Source of the DNA: Solirubrobacterales bacterium
Lineage (GTDB): Bacteria; Actinomycetota; Thermoleophilia; Solirubrobacterales; 70-9
Reading direction: 5' to 3'
DNA: 64,000 bases
Assembly: GCA_035535295.1 (NCBI GenBank)
Contig: DATLQI010000038.1
Location: 95,973 to 159,972, forward strand
The notes beneath the pieces are model-generated. The model was not told where the DNA came from. It was given only the letters and a program-made list of their open reading frames with translations, and ran no database searches. The translations under genes and the position numbers were made by a program. Below, in pieces: positions 9,160-17,898 of the stretch (position 1 is the first letter of the stretch; the number at the start of each line of letters is the position of its first letter).

Positions 9160-10293
9160 ATGGACTTCAATCTCGGCGACGAGCATCGCCTGATCCAGCG
9201 CACGGTTCGTGACTTCGCCACCCAGGAGGTGGCCCCCGTCGCGGAGGAGCTCGACCGCGAGAAGCGGTTCCCCTACGAGATCGTGCGCAAGCTCGCCGAT
9301 CTCAACCTGATGGGGATCCCCTTTCCGCAGGAGTACGGGGGCGGGGGCGGCGACTCGCTCGCCTACGCGCTTGCGGTCGAGGAGCTGACCCGGGTCGATT
9401 CATCGGTGGCGATCACCCTCTGCGCCCACACCTCGCTCGGGACCCAGCCGATCTACCTCTTTGGCTCCGAGGCCCAGAAAGAAGAGTGGCTGCCGCGGTT
9501 GACGGCTGGCGAGGTCCTCGGCGCCTTCGGCCTGACCGAGCCCGAGGCCGGCTCGGACGCCGGCAACGTCCGCACCAAGGCGCGGCTCGACGGCGGCGAA
9601 TGGGTGATCGACGGCGCCAAGCAGTTCATCACCAACGCCGGCACCGAGATCTCCGGCGTCGTCTGCATCACCGCCCGCACCGGCGAGGACGAGATCTCCA
9701 ACCTGATCGTCGCCAACGGCACCCCCGGCTACGAGCAGGGCGAGCCGTACCGGAAGATGGGCTGGAACGCCTCCGACACCCGCCCGCTCACCTTCACCGA
9801 CTGTCGGGTGCCGGAGGAGAACCTGCTCGGACCGCGCGGGATGGGCTTCCGCCAGTTCCTGCAGGTGCTCGACATCGGCCGCATCGGCGTCGCCGCGATG
9901 GGCGTCGGCCTCGCCCAGGGCGCCCTCGACGAGGCGCTCGCCTACGCCAAGGAGCGCCAGGCATTCGGCCAGTCGATCTCCCGCTTCCAGTCGATCCAGG
10001 CCAAGCTCGCCGATATGGCGACCGAGATCGAGGCGACCCGGCTGCTCGTCTACAAAGCCGCGCGGATGAAGGACCGGGGCGAAAACTTCTCCCTCACCGC
10101 CGCCCAGGCGAAGCTGAAGAGCGGCCGCCTCGCCGTCCGCTGTTGCGAGGAGGCGGTGCAGATCCACGGTGGCTACGGCTACATCGAGGAGTACCCGGTC
10201 TGCCGCTTCTACCGCGACGCCAAGATCCTCACGATCGGCGAGGGCACCGACGAGGTCCAGCAGATGGTGATCGCCCGCGCCCTCGGGGCGTAA
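9160..10293 (+). CDS. acyl-CoA dehydrogenase (isovaleryl-CoA dehydrogenase suggested by context)
   Basis: Full-length ACAD pattern (TEPEAGSD, QFITNA, GGYGYIEEYPVCRFYRDAKI-TIGEGT). ATG at 9160. Confidence 0.9.
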   Translation: MDFNLGDEHRLIQRTVRDFATQEVAPVAEELDREKRFPYEIVRKLADLNLMGIPFPQEYGGGGGDSLAYALAVEELTRVDSSVAITLCAHTSLGTQPIYLFGSEAQKEEWLPRLTAGEVLGAFGLTEPEAGSDAGNVRTKARLDGGEWVIDGAKQFITNAGTEISGVVCITARTGEDEISNLIVANGTPGYEQGEPYRKMGWNASDTRPLTFTDCRVPEENLLGPRGMGFRQFLQVLDIGRIGVAAMGVGLAQGALDEALAYAKERQAFGQSISRFQSIQAKLADMATEIEATRLLVYKAARMKDRGENFSLTAAQAKLKSGRLAVRCCEEAVQIHGGYGYIEEYPVCRFYRDAKILTIGEGTDEVQQMVIARALGA

Positions 10294-10308
10294 GGGAGGC
10301 CTGGAGCC

Positions 10309-11253
10309 GTGATCCCGAAAGCCGTCCGCATCCGCGAGGTCGGCCCGCGCGACGGCTTCCAGAACGAGCCGGAGACGATCGCCACCGCGGACAAGGTGCG
10401 GTTGGTCGAGATGCTCGCCCGGACCGGTTTGCGGCGGCTGGAGGTGACGAGCTTCGTCCGCGCCGACGTCGTCCCGCAGCTGGCCGACGGGCGCGAGGTG
10501 CTGGAACGGGCTCGAATCCCTGATGACGTCTCGGTCTCGGTCCTCGTCCCCAACATGCGCGGCCTCGAAGCGGCGCTGGAGGTGCGGGAGAAGATCGACG
10601 AGGTCAACGTCTTCCTCTCCGCCTCGGAGACCCACAACCGCCACAACGTCAACCGCTCGGTCGAGGAGTCGCTCTCGGGACTGGAACACGTGCTGGCGCG
10701 GGCGACCGAGGAGGCGCTGCGCTGCGAGGCCGTGATCAGCACCAGCTTCGGCTGTCCGTATGAGGGCTACGTCCCGTTCGAGCGGGTCTTCGAGATCGCC
10801 AAACGCCTCTCCGCCGCCGGCGCGGTCGAGATCGGCTTCGGCGACACCACCGGGATGGCGAACCCGGTCCAGGTCGGCGAGTTCTTCCGCCGCGCCCACG
10901 AGGAGATCGTCGGGGCCGAGCTGACCGCCCACTTCCACGACACCCGCGGCCAGGCGCTCGCCAACGTGCTGGCGGCGCTCGAGACCGGGGTCGACTCATT
11001 CGAGTCGAGCTTCGGCCAGCTCGGCGGCTGCCCGGTCCCGCCCGGCGCCACCGGCAACGTCGCCAGCGAGGACCTGGTCTCGATGCTGCACGAGATGGGG
11101 ATCGAGACCGGCGTCGACCTCGGCAAGCTGCTCGACGCGGCGCGCGCGGCTCAGGATGTCCTGGGGCGGCCGCTCGCCTCCCACACCCTCGTCGCCGGCC
11201 CGGTCGAGTGGCACGCCGAGCGCGACCCCTTCAAGGAGAACCCGCCGCGATGA
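10309..11253 (+). CDS. hydroxymethylglutaryl-CoA lyase
   Basis: HMGL-like pattern ([36 protein letters not shown]). Confidence 0.9.
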   Translation: MIPKAVRIREVGPRDGFQNEPETIATADKVRLVEMLARTGLRRLEVTSFVRADVVPQLADGREVLERARIPDDVSVSVLVPNMRGLEAALEVREKIDEVNVFLSASETHNRHNVNRSVEESLSGLEHVLARATEEALRCEAVISTSFGCPYEGYVPFERVFEIAKRLSAAGAVEIGFGDTTGMANPVQVGEFFRRAHEEIVGAELTAHFHDTRGQALANVLAALETGVDSFESSFGQLGGCPVPPGATGNVASEDLVSMLHEMGIETGVDLGKLLDAARAAQDVLGRPLASHTLVAGPVEWHAERDPFKENPPR

Positions 11254-12791
11254 GCGTGACCAAGGGAACGGCCGAGGGATCCCGCGAGCAGCACCTGGAG
11301 CTGATCGCCGAGCTGAACGCGGAGCTGGAGCGGGTCCGCGGCGGCGGCGGCGAGAAGGCGGTCGAGCGCCACCGCGGCCGCGGCAAGATGACCGCCCGCG
11401 AGCGCGTCGCCGGCCTCTGCGACGAGGGCACCGAGTTCCTCGAGCTCTCGCCGCTGGCCGCGCACGGGATGTACGACGACGCGGCGCCGGGAGCCGGGAT
11501 CGTCACCGGGGTCGGCGTCGTCAACGGCCGCCGCTGCGTGATCGTCGCCAACGACGCCACCGTCAAAGGCGGCACCTACTACCCGGTGACGGTGAAGAAG
11601 CACCTGCGCGCCCAGGAGGTGGCGCTGCAGAACCGGCTCCCCTGCATCTACCTGGTCGACTCCGGCGGCGCCTTCCTGCCGCTGCAGGACGAGGTCTTCC
11701 CCGACCGCGAGCACTTCGGCCGCATCTTCTTCAACCAGGCGACGATGTCGGCGCGGGAGATCCCGCAACTGGCGGCGGTGATGGGCTCCTGCACGGCGGG
11801 CGGCGCCTACGTGCCGGCGATGAGCGAGGAGACCGTGATCGTCCGCCACCAGGGGACGATCTTCCTCGGCGGCCCGCCGCTGGTGAAGGCGGCGACCGGG
11901 GAGGAGGTGACGGCGGAGGAGCTCGGCGGCGGCGACGTCCACGCCCGCAAGTCCGGCGTCGCCGACCACCTCGCCGCCGACGACGCCGAGGCGCTGCGGA
12001 TCCTGCGCGAGATCGTCGCCACGCTGCCGCCCGCGCCGGCGCCGCCGTGGGCGCGGATCGAGCCGCGGCCACCGCTCGGGGAGCCGGACGAGATCCTCGA
12101 CGCCGTCCCGATCGGCTCCCGTGCCCCCTGGGACGTGCGCGAGGTCCTGCGCCGCGTGGTCGACGCCGGCGAGCTGCGCGAGTTCAAGGAGAAGTACGGC
12201 AAGACCCTTGTCTGCGCCTTCGCCCACGTCGACGGCCACCCGGTGGGGATCCTCGCCAACAACGGCATCCTCTTCTCCGAGAGCGCCCTCAAGGGCGCCC
12301 ACTTCGTCGAGCTCTGCGACAAGCGCCGGATCCCGCTTGTCTTCGTCCAGAACGTCAACGGCTTCATGGTCGGCTCCAAGTACGAGGCCGGCGGCATCGC
12401 CAAGGACGGCGCGAAGATGGTCGCCGCCGTCTCCACCGCCCGGGTGCCGAAGCTGACCGTGATCGTCGGCGGCTCCTTCGGCGCGGGCAACTACGGCATG
12501 TGCGGCCGCGCCTACTCGCCCCGCTTCCTCTTCATGTGGCCCAATGCCCGCATCTCCGTCATGGGCGGCGACATGGCAGCGGCCGTGATGAAGGAGGTCG
12601 GCCAGCCCGACACCGCCGCCGAGCTCAAAGAGCAGTACGAGCACCAGGGCCGCCCCTTCTATTCCACCGCCCGCCTCTGGGACGACGGCGTCATCGACCC
12701 CCGCGACACCCGCCGCGTCCTCGCCCAAGCCCTCGCCGCCTGCGCCAACGCGCCGCTTGAGGAGGCGATGGCGCCCGTGTACCGGATGTGA
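11250..12791 (+). CDS. methylcrotonoyl-CoA carboxylase carboxyltransferase (beta) subunit
   Basis: ATG at 11250 overlaps the upstream stop (ATGA). Carboxyltransferase domain pattern ([36 protein letters not shown]). Confidence 0.9.
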   Translation: MSVTKGTAEGSREQHLELIAELNAELERVRGGGGEKAVERHRGRGKMTARERVAGLCDEGTEFLELSPLAAHGMYDDAAPGAGIVTGVGVVNGRRCVIVANDATVKGGTYYPVTVKKHLRAQEVALQNRLPCIYLVDSGGAFLPLQDEVFPDREHFGRIFFNQATMSAREIPQLAAVMGSCTAGGAYVPAMSEETVIVRHQGTIFLGGPPLVKAATGEEVTAEELGGGDVHARKSGVADHLAADDAEALRILREIVATLPPAPAPPWARIEPRPPLGEPDEILDAVPIGSRAPWDVREVLRRVVDAGELREFKEKYGKTLVCAFAHVDGHPVGILANNGILFSESALKGAHFVELCDKRRIPLVFVQNVNGFMVGSKYEAGGIAKDGAKMVAAVSTARVPKLTVIVGGSFGAGNYGMCGRAYSPRFLFMWPNARISVMGGDMAAAVMKEVGQPDTAAELKEQYEHQGRPFYSTARLWDDGVIDPRDTRRVLAQALAACANAPLEEAMAPVYRM

Positions 12792-13129
12792 TCGCCGGCT
12801 TCCTCTCAGGCCTTCTGGCTCTGCTGCTGGGCGCCGCAGGACCGGCACCCGCGCACTGCCCACCCGGTCACCCGGCCTGCCGGGAGACGGTCGGCCGGAT
12901 CGTCTACGTCGAGCGGGTCGATCCCGACGGGGACGGCGACGCCCACTTCGTGATCGCCGACCCCCAAAGCATCACCCTCCCGGGCCTCACCGCGATCGAC
13001 GTCCGCGCCGGTCTGCGCCCGCATCCGCTGCCCGGGCCGGGCGACCTGATCAGCGCCGCCGGCCCCGTTCAGACCGGCTCCTACGGCCAGTCCCAGATCC
13101 ACGCGCTCGAGCTGTACGTGGCGGAATAG
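12788..13129 (+). CDS. small exported protein, unknown function
   Basis: GTG overlaps the upstream stop. Hydrophobic N-terminus. GC3-rich codons. Confidence 0.45.
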   Translation: MIAGFLSGLLALLLGAAGPAPAHCPPGHPACRETVGRIVYVERVDPDGDGDAHFVIADPQSITLPGLTAIDVRAGLRPHPLPGPGDLISAAGPVQTGSYGQSQIHALELYVAE

Positions 13130-13133
13130 CCGC

Positions 13134-14018
13134 TCAGCTCTTGGCTTTGGCTTTTTTCCCGGATTTGGATTTCCGCTCGCTCTTGCGCTTGACGTCGCCA
13201 TTCTCGATCGTCCCGCGCCAGCCTTTGTCGGGGTGCTCCTCCATCTCGACGTAGGCCTTGAAGCGGTGGAGGTCGCCGCGGACGGCGCGCTTGGTGAAGC
13301 GCATGCCGCGCCCGGCTTTCTCCAGCAGCGAGTCCGGCTTCACGTCCATCGTCACCTCGATCCGGGTGAGGCGCGGGGCCAGGCGGTGGAAGGTGACGAC
13401 GCCGCTGTTCATCAGCCCGTCCTCGGAGTGCCATTCGATCCGCTCGTCCGGCCGCTGTTCGACGATTTCGGCCTCGAACTCCTTGGTCACGCCCCAGACC
13501 TTGGTCGAGATGTGGACGGTCGAGTCGTCGACCTGCTGGACGCTGTCGACCCGGTGCATGAACTCCGGCCACTCTTCGAACCGGGTCCACTGGTCGTAGG
13601 CCTCGTCGATCGGCACCGCGACGTCGACCGATTGCTGGATCGGCATCCGCCGGCCGCTGCCGTGGGCCTCCGTCGCGTCCTCGGAGTCGTCGTCGGACCC
13701 GTTTTTACTGAAGAGGTCCCCGAGACCGCCCAGCTTCGAGCCGATCTTCTCGTCAGCGACGTCGCCGGCCACTTCCTTGGCGCCGGACGCGGCCTTGTCC
13801 TTCGCCTTCTTCCCGAGCTCCTCGGCCTTCTCCGCGGGGGAGCCGCCGCCGACCAATTTCGCGATTCCCTCCGCCGCGAACGGCAGCGCCATCATCGTCG
13901 CCCCGGCCGCGGCCATGGTCTTCGGCTTTTTCAAGTTCTTCAGTGGCGCGGCCGGCGATTTCCCTTTTTTGCGCGCCAGCTGCACCGCGGTGCTCGTGAT
14001 GTCGCTTACGTCGGGCAT
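13134..14018 (-). CDS. SRPBCC (cyclase/dehydrase) domain protein with Lys-rich disordered termini
   Basis: ATG at 14018 preceded by GGAGGAGGG. C-terminal 150 aa fit the polyketide-cyclase/START-like pattern. The track ORF 13134..15443 is a run-on artefact. Confidence 0.75.
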   Translation of the reverse strand: MPDVSDITSTAVQLARKKGKSPAAPLKNLKKPKTMAAAGATMMALPFAAEGIAKLVGGGSPAEKAEELGKKAKDKAASGAKEVAGDVADEKIGSKLGGLGDLFSKNGSDDDSEDATEAHGSGRRMPIQQSVDVAVPIDEAYDQWTRFEEWPEFMHRVDSVQQVDDSTVHISTKVWGVTKEFEAEIVEQRPDERIEWHSEDGLMNSGVVTFHRLAPRLTRIEVTMDVKPDSLLEKAGRGMRFTKRAVRGDLHRFKAYVEMEEHPDKGWRGTIENGDVKRKSERKSKSGKKAKAKS

Positions 14019-14135
14019 TGCGATCCCTCCTCCTCGGCGAAGCATCGGCCTCGCCTTCGCGTTCATAGCGACCCTCTCCTTGGCTTCCCCCGCGATTAAA
14101 AGCCAAACATTCCAATCCGGTGCGAGACTCGGGGG

Positions 14136-14963
14136 ATGCCGCGCCGCTTTGCCCAGGTCGACGTCTTCGGCAGCGGGCCCTGCTCGGGCAACCCGGTCGC
14201 GGTCGTGCTCGACGCGGAGGGGATGGGGGAGGAGGAGATGCAGCGGTTCGCGCGCTGGACCAACCTCGCCGAGACGACCTTCGTGTTGCCGCCGACGCGG
14301 GCGGAGGCCGACTACCGGGTGCGGATCTTCACCCCGGTCCTGGAGCTGCCGTTTGCCGGGCATCCAACTCTGGGCACCTGCCATGCCTGGCTGGAGGCCG
14401 GGGGAGAGACGGCGAGGGACGACGAGATCGTCCAGGAGTGCGAGGCGGGGCTGATCCGGATCCGGCGCGAGGGCGATCGATTGGCCCTCGAGGCGCCGCC
14501 GCTGGTCCGGTCCGGGCCCGCCTCTGAGGAGGAGACCTCGAAAGTGGCCGCCGCGCTCGACCTCGACCCCGCCGAGATGCTCGCGGTCCAGTGGGTCGAC
14601 AACGGCCCGGGCTGGATCGCCGCCCTCCTCGAGAGTCCGGAGCGCCTCTTGGAGCTGCGACCCGGTCCGCTCGACTTCGACCTCGGGGCAGTCGCCCTCT
14701 ATCCGCCCGGTTCCGAGGCGGCGATCGAGCTGCGCGCCTGGGCGCCTGTGAACGGCCAAGCGGTCGAGGACCCGGTCACCGGCAGCCTCAATGCCTCGGT
14801 CGCGCAGTGGTTGCTCGGGAACGGCCGCCTTGTCGCGCCGTACGTCGCGCACCAGGGAGCGGCGATCGAGCGCGAGGGCCGCATTCACATCACCCAGGAA
14901 GAGGGCGTGATCTGGGTCGGCGGCCGCACCGAAACGCTTGTCGAAGGCCAGCTCGAGCTCTAG
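14136..14963 (+). CDS. PhzF-family isomerase-like protein
   Basis: FAQVDVF, GNPVAVV, ETTFV and FAGHPTLG motifs. Confidence 0.85.
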   Translation: MPRRFAQVDVFGSGPCSGNPVAVVLDAEGMGEEEMQRFARWTNLAETTFVLPPTRAEADYRVRIFTPVLELPFAGHPTLGTCHAWLEAGGETARDDEIVQECEAGLIRIRREGDRLALEAPPLVRSGPASEEETSKVAAALDLDPAEMLAVQWVDNGPGWIAALLESPERLLELRPGPLDFDLGAVALYPPGSEAAIELRAWAPVNGQAVEDPVTGSLNASVAQWLLGNGRLVAPYVAHQGAAIEREGRIHITQEEGVIWVGGRTETLVEGQLEL

Positions 14964-15427
14964 CCGTGGACGCCGGTCCGGTGAACGACCGCGTGGCCCT
15001 TGCCGCGTGAAATCAGCCAGCGGTTGACCGGCCAAGCGACCAGGCCGGCGACTACCAGCGCAAAGGCGAGGCTGCCCCAGAAGAGGAGGCTGTCGAGGCC
15101 GGCATCCATCGCGCCGGGGATCGTCAGGACGATCAGGTTGTCGACGATCTCCATCGTCGCGATGCTGAGGGTGTCGGAGGCGAAGGCGATCGGGATGACG
15201 GCGCCGAGTGCCATCCCAGAGCGCAGCAGCGGCAGGCTGGTCAGCCCGTAGCCGAAGAAGAAGGCGAGGGCCACGGCCAGGACGATCGTGCCGAGGTTGG
15301 AGAAACCCAGCGCGGTCCCGATCGCCAAACCCGCCACCTCGCCGATCGCGCAACCGGTGAGGCAGTGGACGGTGGCGGAGAAGGCAAGCGAGTTGAGGCT
15401 CTGGCTGCTGTGGTCCACGCGCCCCAT
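14960..15427 (-). CDS. DUF4396-type integral membrane protein
   Basis: VHCLTGCAIGEVAGLAIGTALGF signature. ATG at 15427; a TTG at 15490 is an alternative start. Confidence 0.7.
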   Translation of the reverse strand: MGRVDHSSQSLNSLAFSATVHCLTGCAIGEVAGLAIGTALGFSNLGTIVLAVALAFFFGYGLTSLPLLRSGMALGAVIPIAFASDTLSIATMEIVDNLIVLTIPGAMDAGLDSLLFWGSLAFALVVAGLVAWPVNRWLISRGKGHAVVHRTGVHG

Positions 15428-15585
15428 CGTAGGTCCGAACCATTTGACGGCGCCCACCGAACCCTGAAAGGGTGCAGGGCTACCAGTCAAAGCCCCCGAT
15501 GAGCACCGTCGTAGCGAGTCTATCGCTATGTGACACGGATTCGTGTAATAAAAAGGTACTCGCGGGTGACCTTTGAGCGAAGAAA

Positions 15586-15618
15586 GGGCGCCCGTCGTGC
15601 GACGGGCGCCCTTTTCTC
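15586..15618 (-). terminator. intrinsic terminator (bidirectional stem GGGCGCCCGTC/GACGGGCGCCC)
   Basis: 11-bp perfect stem with a 4-nt loop, flanked by a T-run on the plus strand (TTTTCT) and TTTCTT on the minus strand. It lies 22 nt downstream of the 15640 stop. Confidence 0.75.
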
Positions 15619-15639
15619 AATCGGCTTTCGCGGTGCTGG

Positions 15640-16599
15640 TCAGCCGAGGTACATGATCGCGATCGCCATCGCGTCGTCGATCAAGTGGTGGCCTTCCGGC
15701 ACGTTGTAGATCCCGTGCAGGCGGATCGTCTGGCCTTTGCTGATCGTCGTGATCGGGTTCCCGGTGCAGACGTTCATCGAGGAGACGTGTTTACGGCCGT
15801 CGGGGGTTTCGTAACCCGCGCCGCCGTAACCCGCAACCGAGTTGCAGATCAGCGATTCGCCGGCGCTTTTGTTCGTCACTTCGATGTTGACGCCGTGGTC
15901 GTGGATGTGGCCGGCGGTGGCGATCACTTTGCCGCCGATGCTGGCGTTCCAGTCGTAGTGGGTGTCGCTGAGCCCGATCGGAACTTCGATGTAGGAGTTC
16001 AGCGAGCACTGGTTGGCGTCGAGCCAGACCGGGCGCAGGGCCGCGCGGCTGCTCGAGTCGGTGCCCGTGGCGTACTTCCAGGTCATCCGGATCTTCACCG
16101 TTTTGCTGGTCGTCGCCCAGTTCATCAGGTCGAAGACCATGTTCCAGGTCTCGGTGCTGTTGATCTTGTAGCCGTAGGGCAGGGACTGGAGGTCGACTTT
16201 GGTCCGCTCGTCGCCGGAGGCGAAGAAGCGTTCCCCGAGCAGGCCCGGACCGCTGCCAGCGCAGGTGACGTCGGACTTGCCGGTGGACTGGGCGGCGAAC
16301 ATCGCGTGGTGGAGCATCGGGCCTTCGCTGATCGTCGCTTTGGTCCCGTTTTCGTAGACCAAGTCCGGCGTCACGCCGATGATCGTGCAGCCGGTGCACG
16401 GCTTGGCGATGTTGCTGACGATTTTGTTCTGGATCATCCCCGCGTTTTCGTGGTCGTGCGGGTCGCCGTTGCCGGCCGGGATCGTGTACGGGCCGTAGTC
16501 GATCGTTTTCGAGGTGATGGTCGCGCTGGCGGTCGCCGGAACGGCGAACAGCGCCAGAGCGCAGACGAGCAGGGTCAAGCGTTTGAGCGCTTGCATCAA
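15640..16599 (-). CDS. secreted His-rich protein, possibly copper monooxygenase-like / SURNod19-like
   Basis: Signal peptide. His clusters GDPHDHENAG, MLHHAMF, GHIHDHG, PEGHH, plus SSMNVC. RBS GGGGGAG. Confidence 0.7.
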   Translation of the reverse strand: MMQALKRLTLLVCALALFAVPATASATITSKTIDYGPYTIPAGNGDPHDHENAGMIQNKIVSNIAKPCTGCTIIGVTPDLVYENGTKATISEGPMLHHAMFAAQSTGKSDVTCAGSGPGLLGERFFASGDERTKVDLQSLPYGYKINSTETWNMVFDLMNWATTSKTVKIRMTWKYATGTDSSSRAALRPVWLDANQCSLNSYIEVPIGLSDTHYDWNASIGGKVIATAGHIHDHGVNIEVTNKSAGESLICNSVAGYGGAGYETPDGRKHVSSMNVCTGNPITTISKGQTIRLHGIYNVPEGHHLIDDAMAIAIMYLG

Positions 16600-16665
16600 T
16601 TTCTCCCCCTTTGAGAGATGGAAATGAGGGCGCCTCCCTAGACAGCCCTCTTGAACGTTCAGCGA

Positions 16666-16694
16666 ACCTAAAGCAGCGACAGCCCTGGTGTCAA
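16666..16694 (-). promoter_or_regulatory. housekeeping-type promoter TTGACA-N17-TTAGGT
   Basis: Minus-strand hexamers with 17-nt spacing, about 60 nt upstream of the 16599 start. Confidence 0.45.
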
Positions 16695-16735
16695 ACGGGA
16701 ACTCCCTATTTCTTCATGTGGCTTCACCACCAAAC

Positions 16736-16765
16736 TTGACAGGTGACTATTTAGTCACATATCGT
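16736..16765 (+). promoter_or_regulatory. promoter TTGACA-N18-TATCGT with embedded 16-bp palindrome GTGACTATTTAGTCAC (ArsR operator candidate)
   Basis: Perfect 7-bp arms at 16743..16758 lie between the -35 and -10. The -10 ends 7 nt before the ATG at 16773 (leaderless). Confidence 0.55.
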
Positions 16766-16772
16766 TCCCTCC

Positions 16773-17090
16773 ATGGACGAGGTCTTCAAGGCGCTGGCCG
16801 ACCCCACCCGCCGTGAGCTGCTCGACCAGCTCTTTGCGCGGGACGGGCAGACGCTGAGCGCCCTCGAGGGGCGGTTGCCGATGTCCCGCTTCGGCGTGAT
16901 GAAGCACCTGAAGGTGCTGGAGGAGGCGGGGCTGGTGACGACCCGGAAGCGCGGCCGCGAGAAGCTGCACTTCCTCAACCCCGTCCCGATCCGGCTCATT
17001 CACGACCGCTGGATCGACAAGTACGCGGAGCCCTGGGCCTCGGCGCTCAGCGAGCTGAAGAAAGACATAGAGAGCGAGGAGAAGCGATGA
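16773..17090 (+). CDS. ArsR/SmtB-family transcriptional regulator
   Basis: ALADPTRRELL...MSRFGVMKHLKVLEEAGLV winged-helix pattern. Confidence 0.85.
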   Translation: MDEVFKALADPTRRELLDQLFARDGQTLSALEGRLPMSRFGVMKHLKVLEEAGLVTTRKRGREKLHFLNPVPIRLIHDRWIDKYAEPWASALSELKKDIESEEKR

Positions 17091-17578
17091 ACGACGAGCA
17101 GGCCTACACCGTGGTCGGCGGGCGCGGATCGATGACCGTGTTCGAGATCTACATCAAGACGACGCCGGAGCGCCTCTGGGAGGCGATCACCAGCGAGCAG
17201 ATGCGGGCGCGCTACAGCTTCGGGGTCGGAACCGTCTCTGACTGGACCCAGGGTTCCGAGTACAAGGCGTCGGTCCCGGGGGTGGTGGACATCGCCAGCG
17301 GCGAGAACCTCGAGGTCGGTCCGCCCCGGCGGCTGGTCCAGAGCTTCACCGCGCTCTGGAGCGAGGACGTGCAGAAGGAAGGCACCTCGCGCGTGACCTG
17401 GGAGATCGAGCCGGTCGGCAGCTCCTGCCGGCTGCGCGTCACCCACGACCAGCTCGGCAGCGACGCCAACAACGAACTCTACGGCGGCTGGCCGATGATC
17501 CTCTCCGGTCTGAAGACGTTGCTGGAGACCGGCGAGGACCTCGACACCCCGGGCTCGCTGCGCTACGCGGGCGCCTAA
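17087..17578 (+). CDS. SRPBCC / AHSA1-domain protein
   Basis: Typical partner of ArsR regulators. 4-nt overlap with the ArsR gene. Confidence 0.75.
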   Translation: MNDEQAYTVVGGRGSMTVFEIYIKTTPERLWEAITSEQMRARYSFGVGTVSDWTQGSEYKASVPGVVDIASGENLEVGPPRRLVQSFTALWSEDVQKEGTSRVTWEIEPVGSSCRLRVTHDQLGSDANNELYGGWPMILSGLKTLLETGEDLDTPGSLRYAGA

Positions 17579-17817
17579 AAGCGCTGGCGCCTGCCGCCGC
17601 CGTGAGCGGCGATCTCAGGCGCTGGCGGGTGCGGCTCCGGGGGATCGATGGGGGGCTGTGGCTCAGGTGGCCCCGGATCCGGCCGCGGTGGCGCCGGGTC
17701 CGGGGAGGGGGGAGCTGGGGGACCCGGCTCCGGCGTTGGCGAGGGCGGCTGCGGGTCTGGTTGGGGCGGACCGGGGATCGGGGTCTCCAGGACGGGGGTG
17801 TCGAGAAAGGTCTCCAT
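17575..17817 (-). CDS. small proline-rich protein (80 aa, about nine XPPX motifs)
   Basis: ATG preceded by GGAGGAGGG, which overlaps a GGGTAG-N9-ATG arrangement. GC3-rich codons. No family recognised. Confidence 0.45.
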   Translation of the reverse strand: METFLDTPVLETPIPGPPQPDPQPPSPTPEPGPPAPPSPDPAPPRPDPGPPEPQPPIDPPEPHPPAPEIAAHGGGRRQRF

Positions 17818-17838
17818 GCCCTCCTCCTACCCGCCATC

Positions 17839-17866
17839 GGTTTTTCTTGACCGGGGGCCGGGGTAG
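17839..17866 (+). promoter_or_regulatory. SigB/SigF-type promoter GGTTT-N17-GGGTAG (baeRF operon)
   Basis: Strict motif match. About 30 nt of leader with AGGAGGAGG before the ATG at 17899. Confidence 0.65.
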
Positions 17867-17898
17867 CCGAAGCGGACCCGACTCAGGAGGAGGCGTCG

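Noticed and set aside
13134-15443. A 769-aa ORF that appears to be one large protein.
   Set aside because: Only the last 295 codons have protein-like composition, an RBS and an SRPBCC pattern. The upstream part runs antisense through the PhzF and DUF4396 genes.
15499-15576. A 25-codon ORF (MSTVVASLSLCDTDSCNKKVLAGDL) in the AT-rich gap before the terminator.
   Set aside because: There is no RBS. Its codons are AT-ending, unlike every confident gene here. The region is better explained as promoter and terminator DNA.
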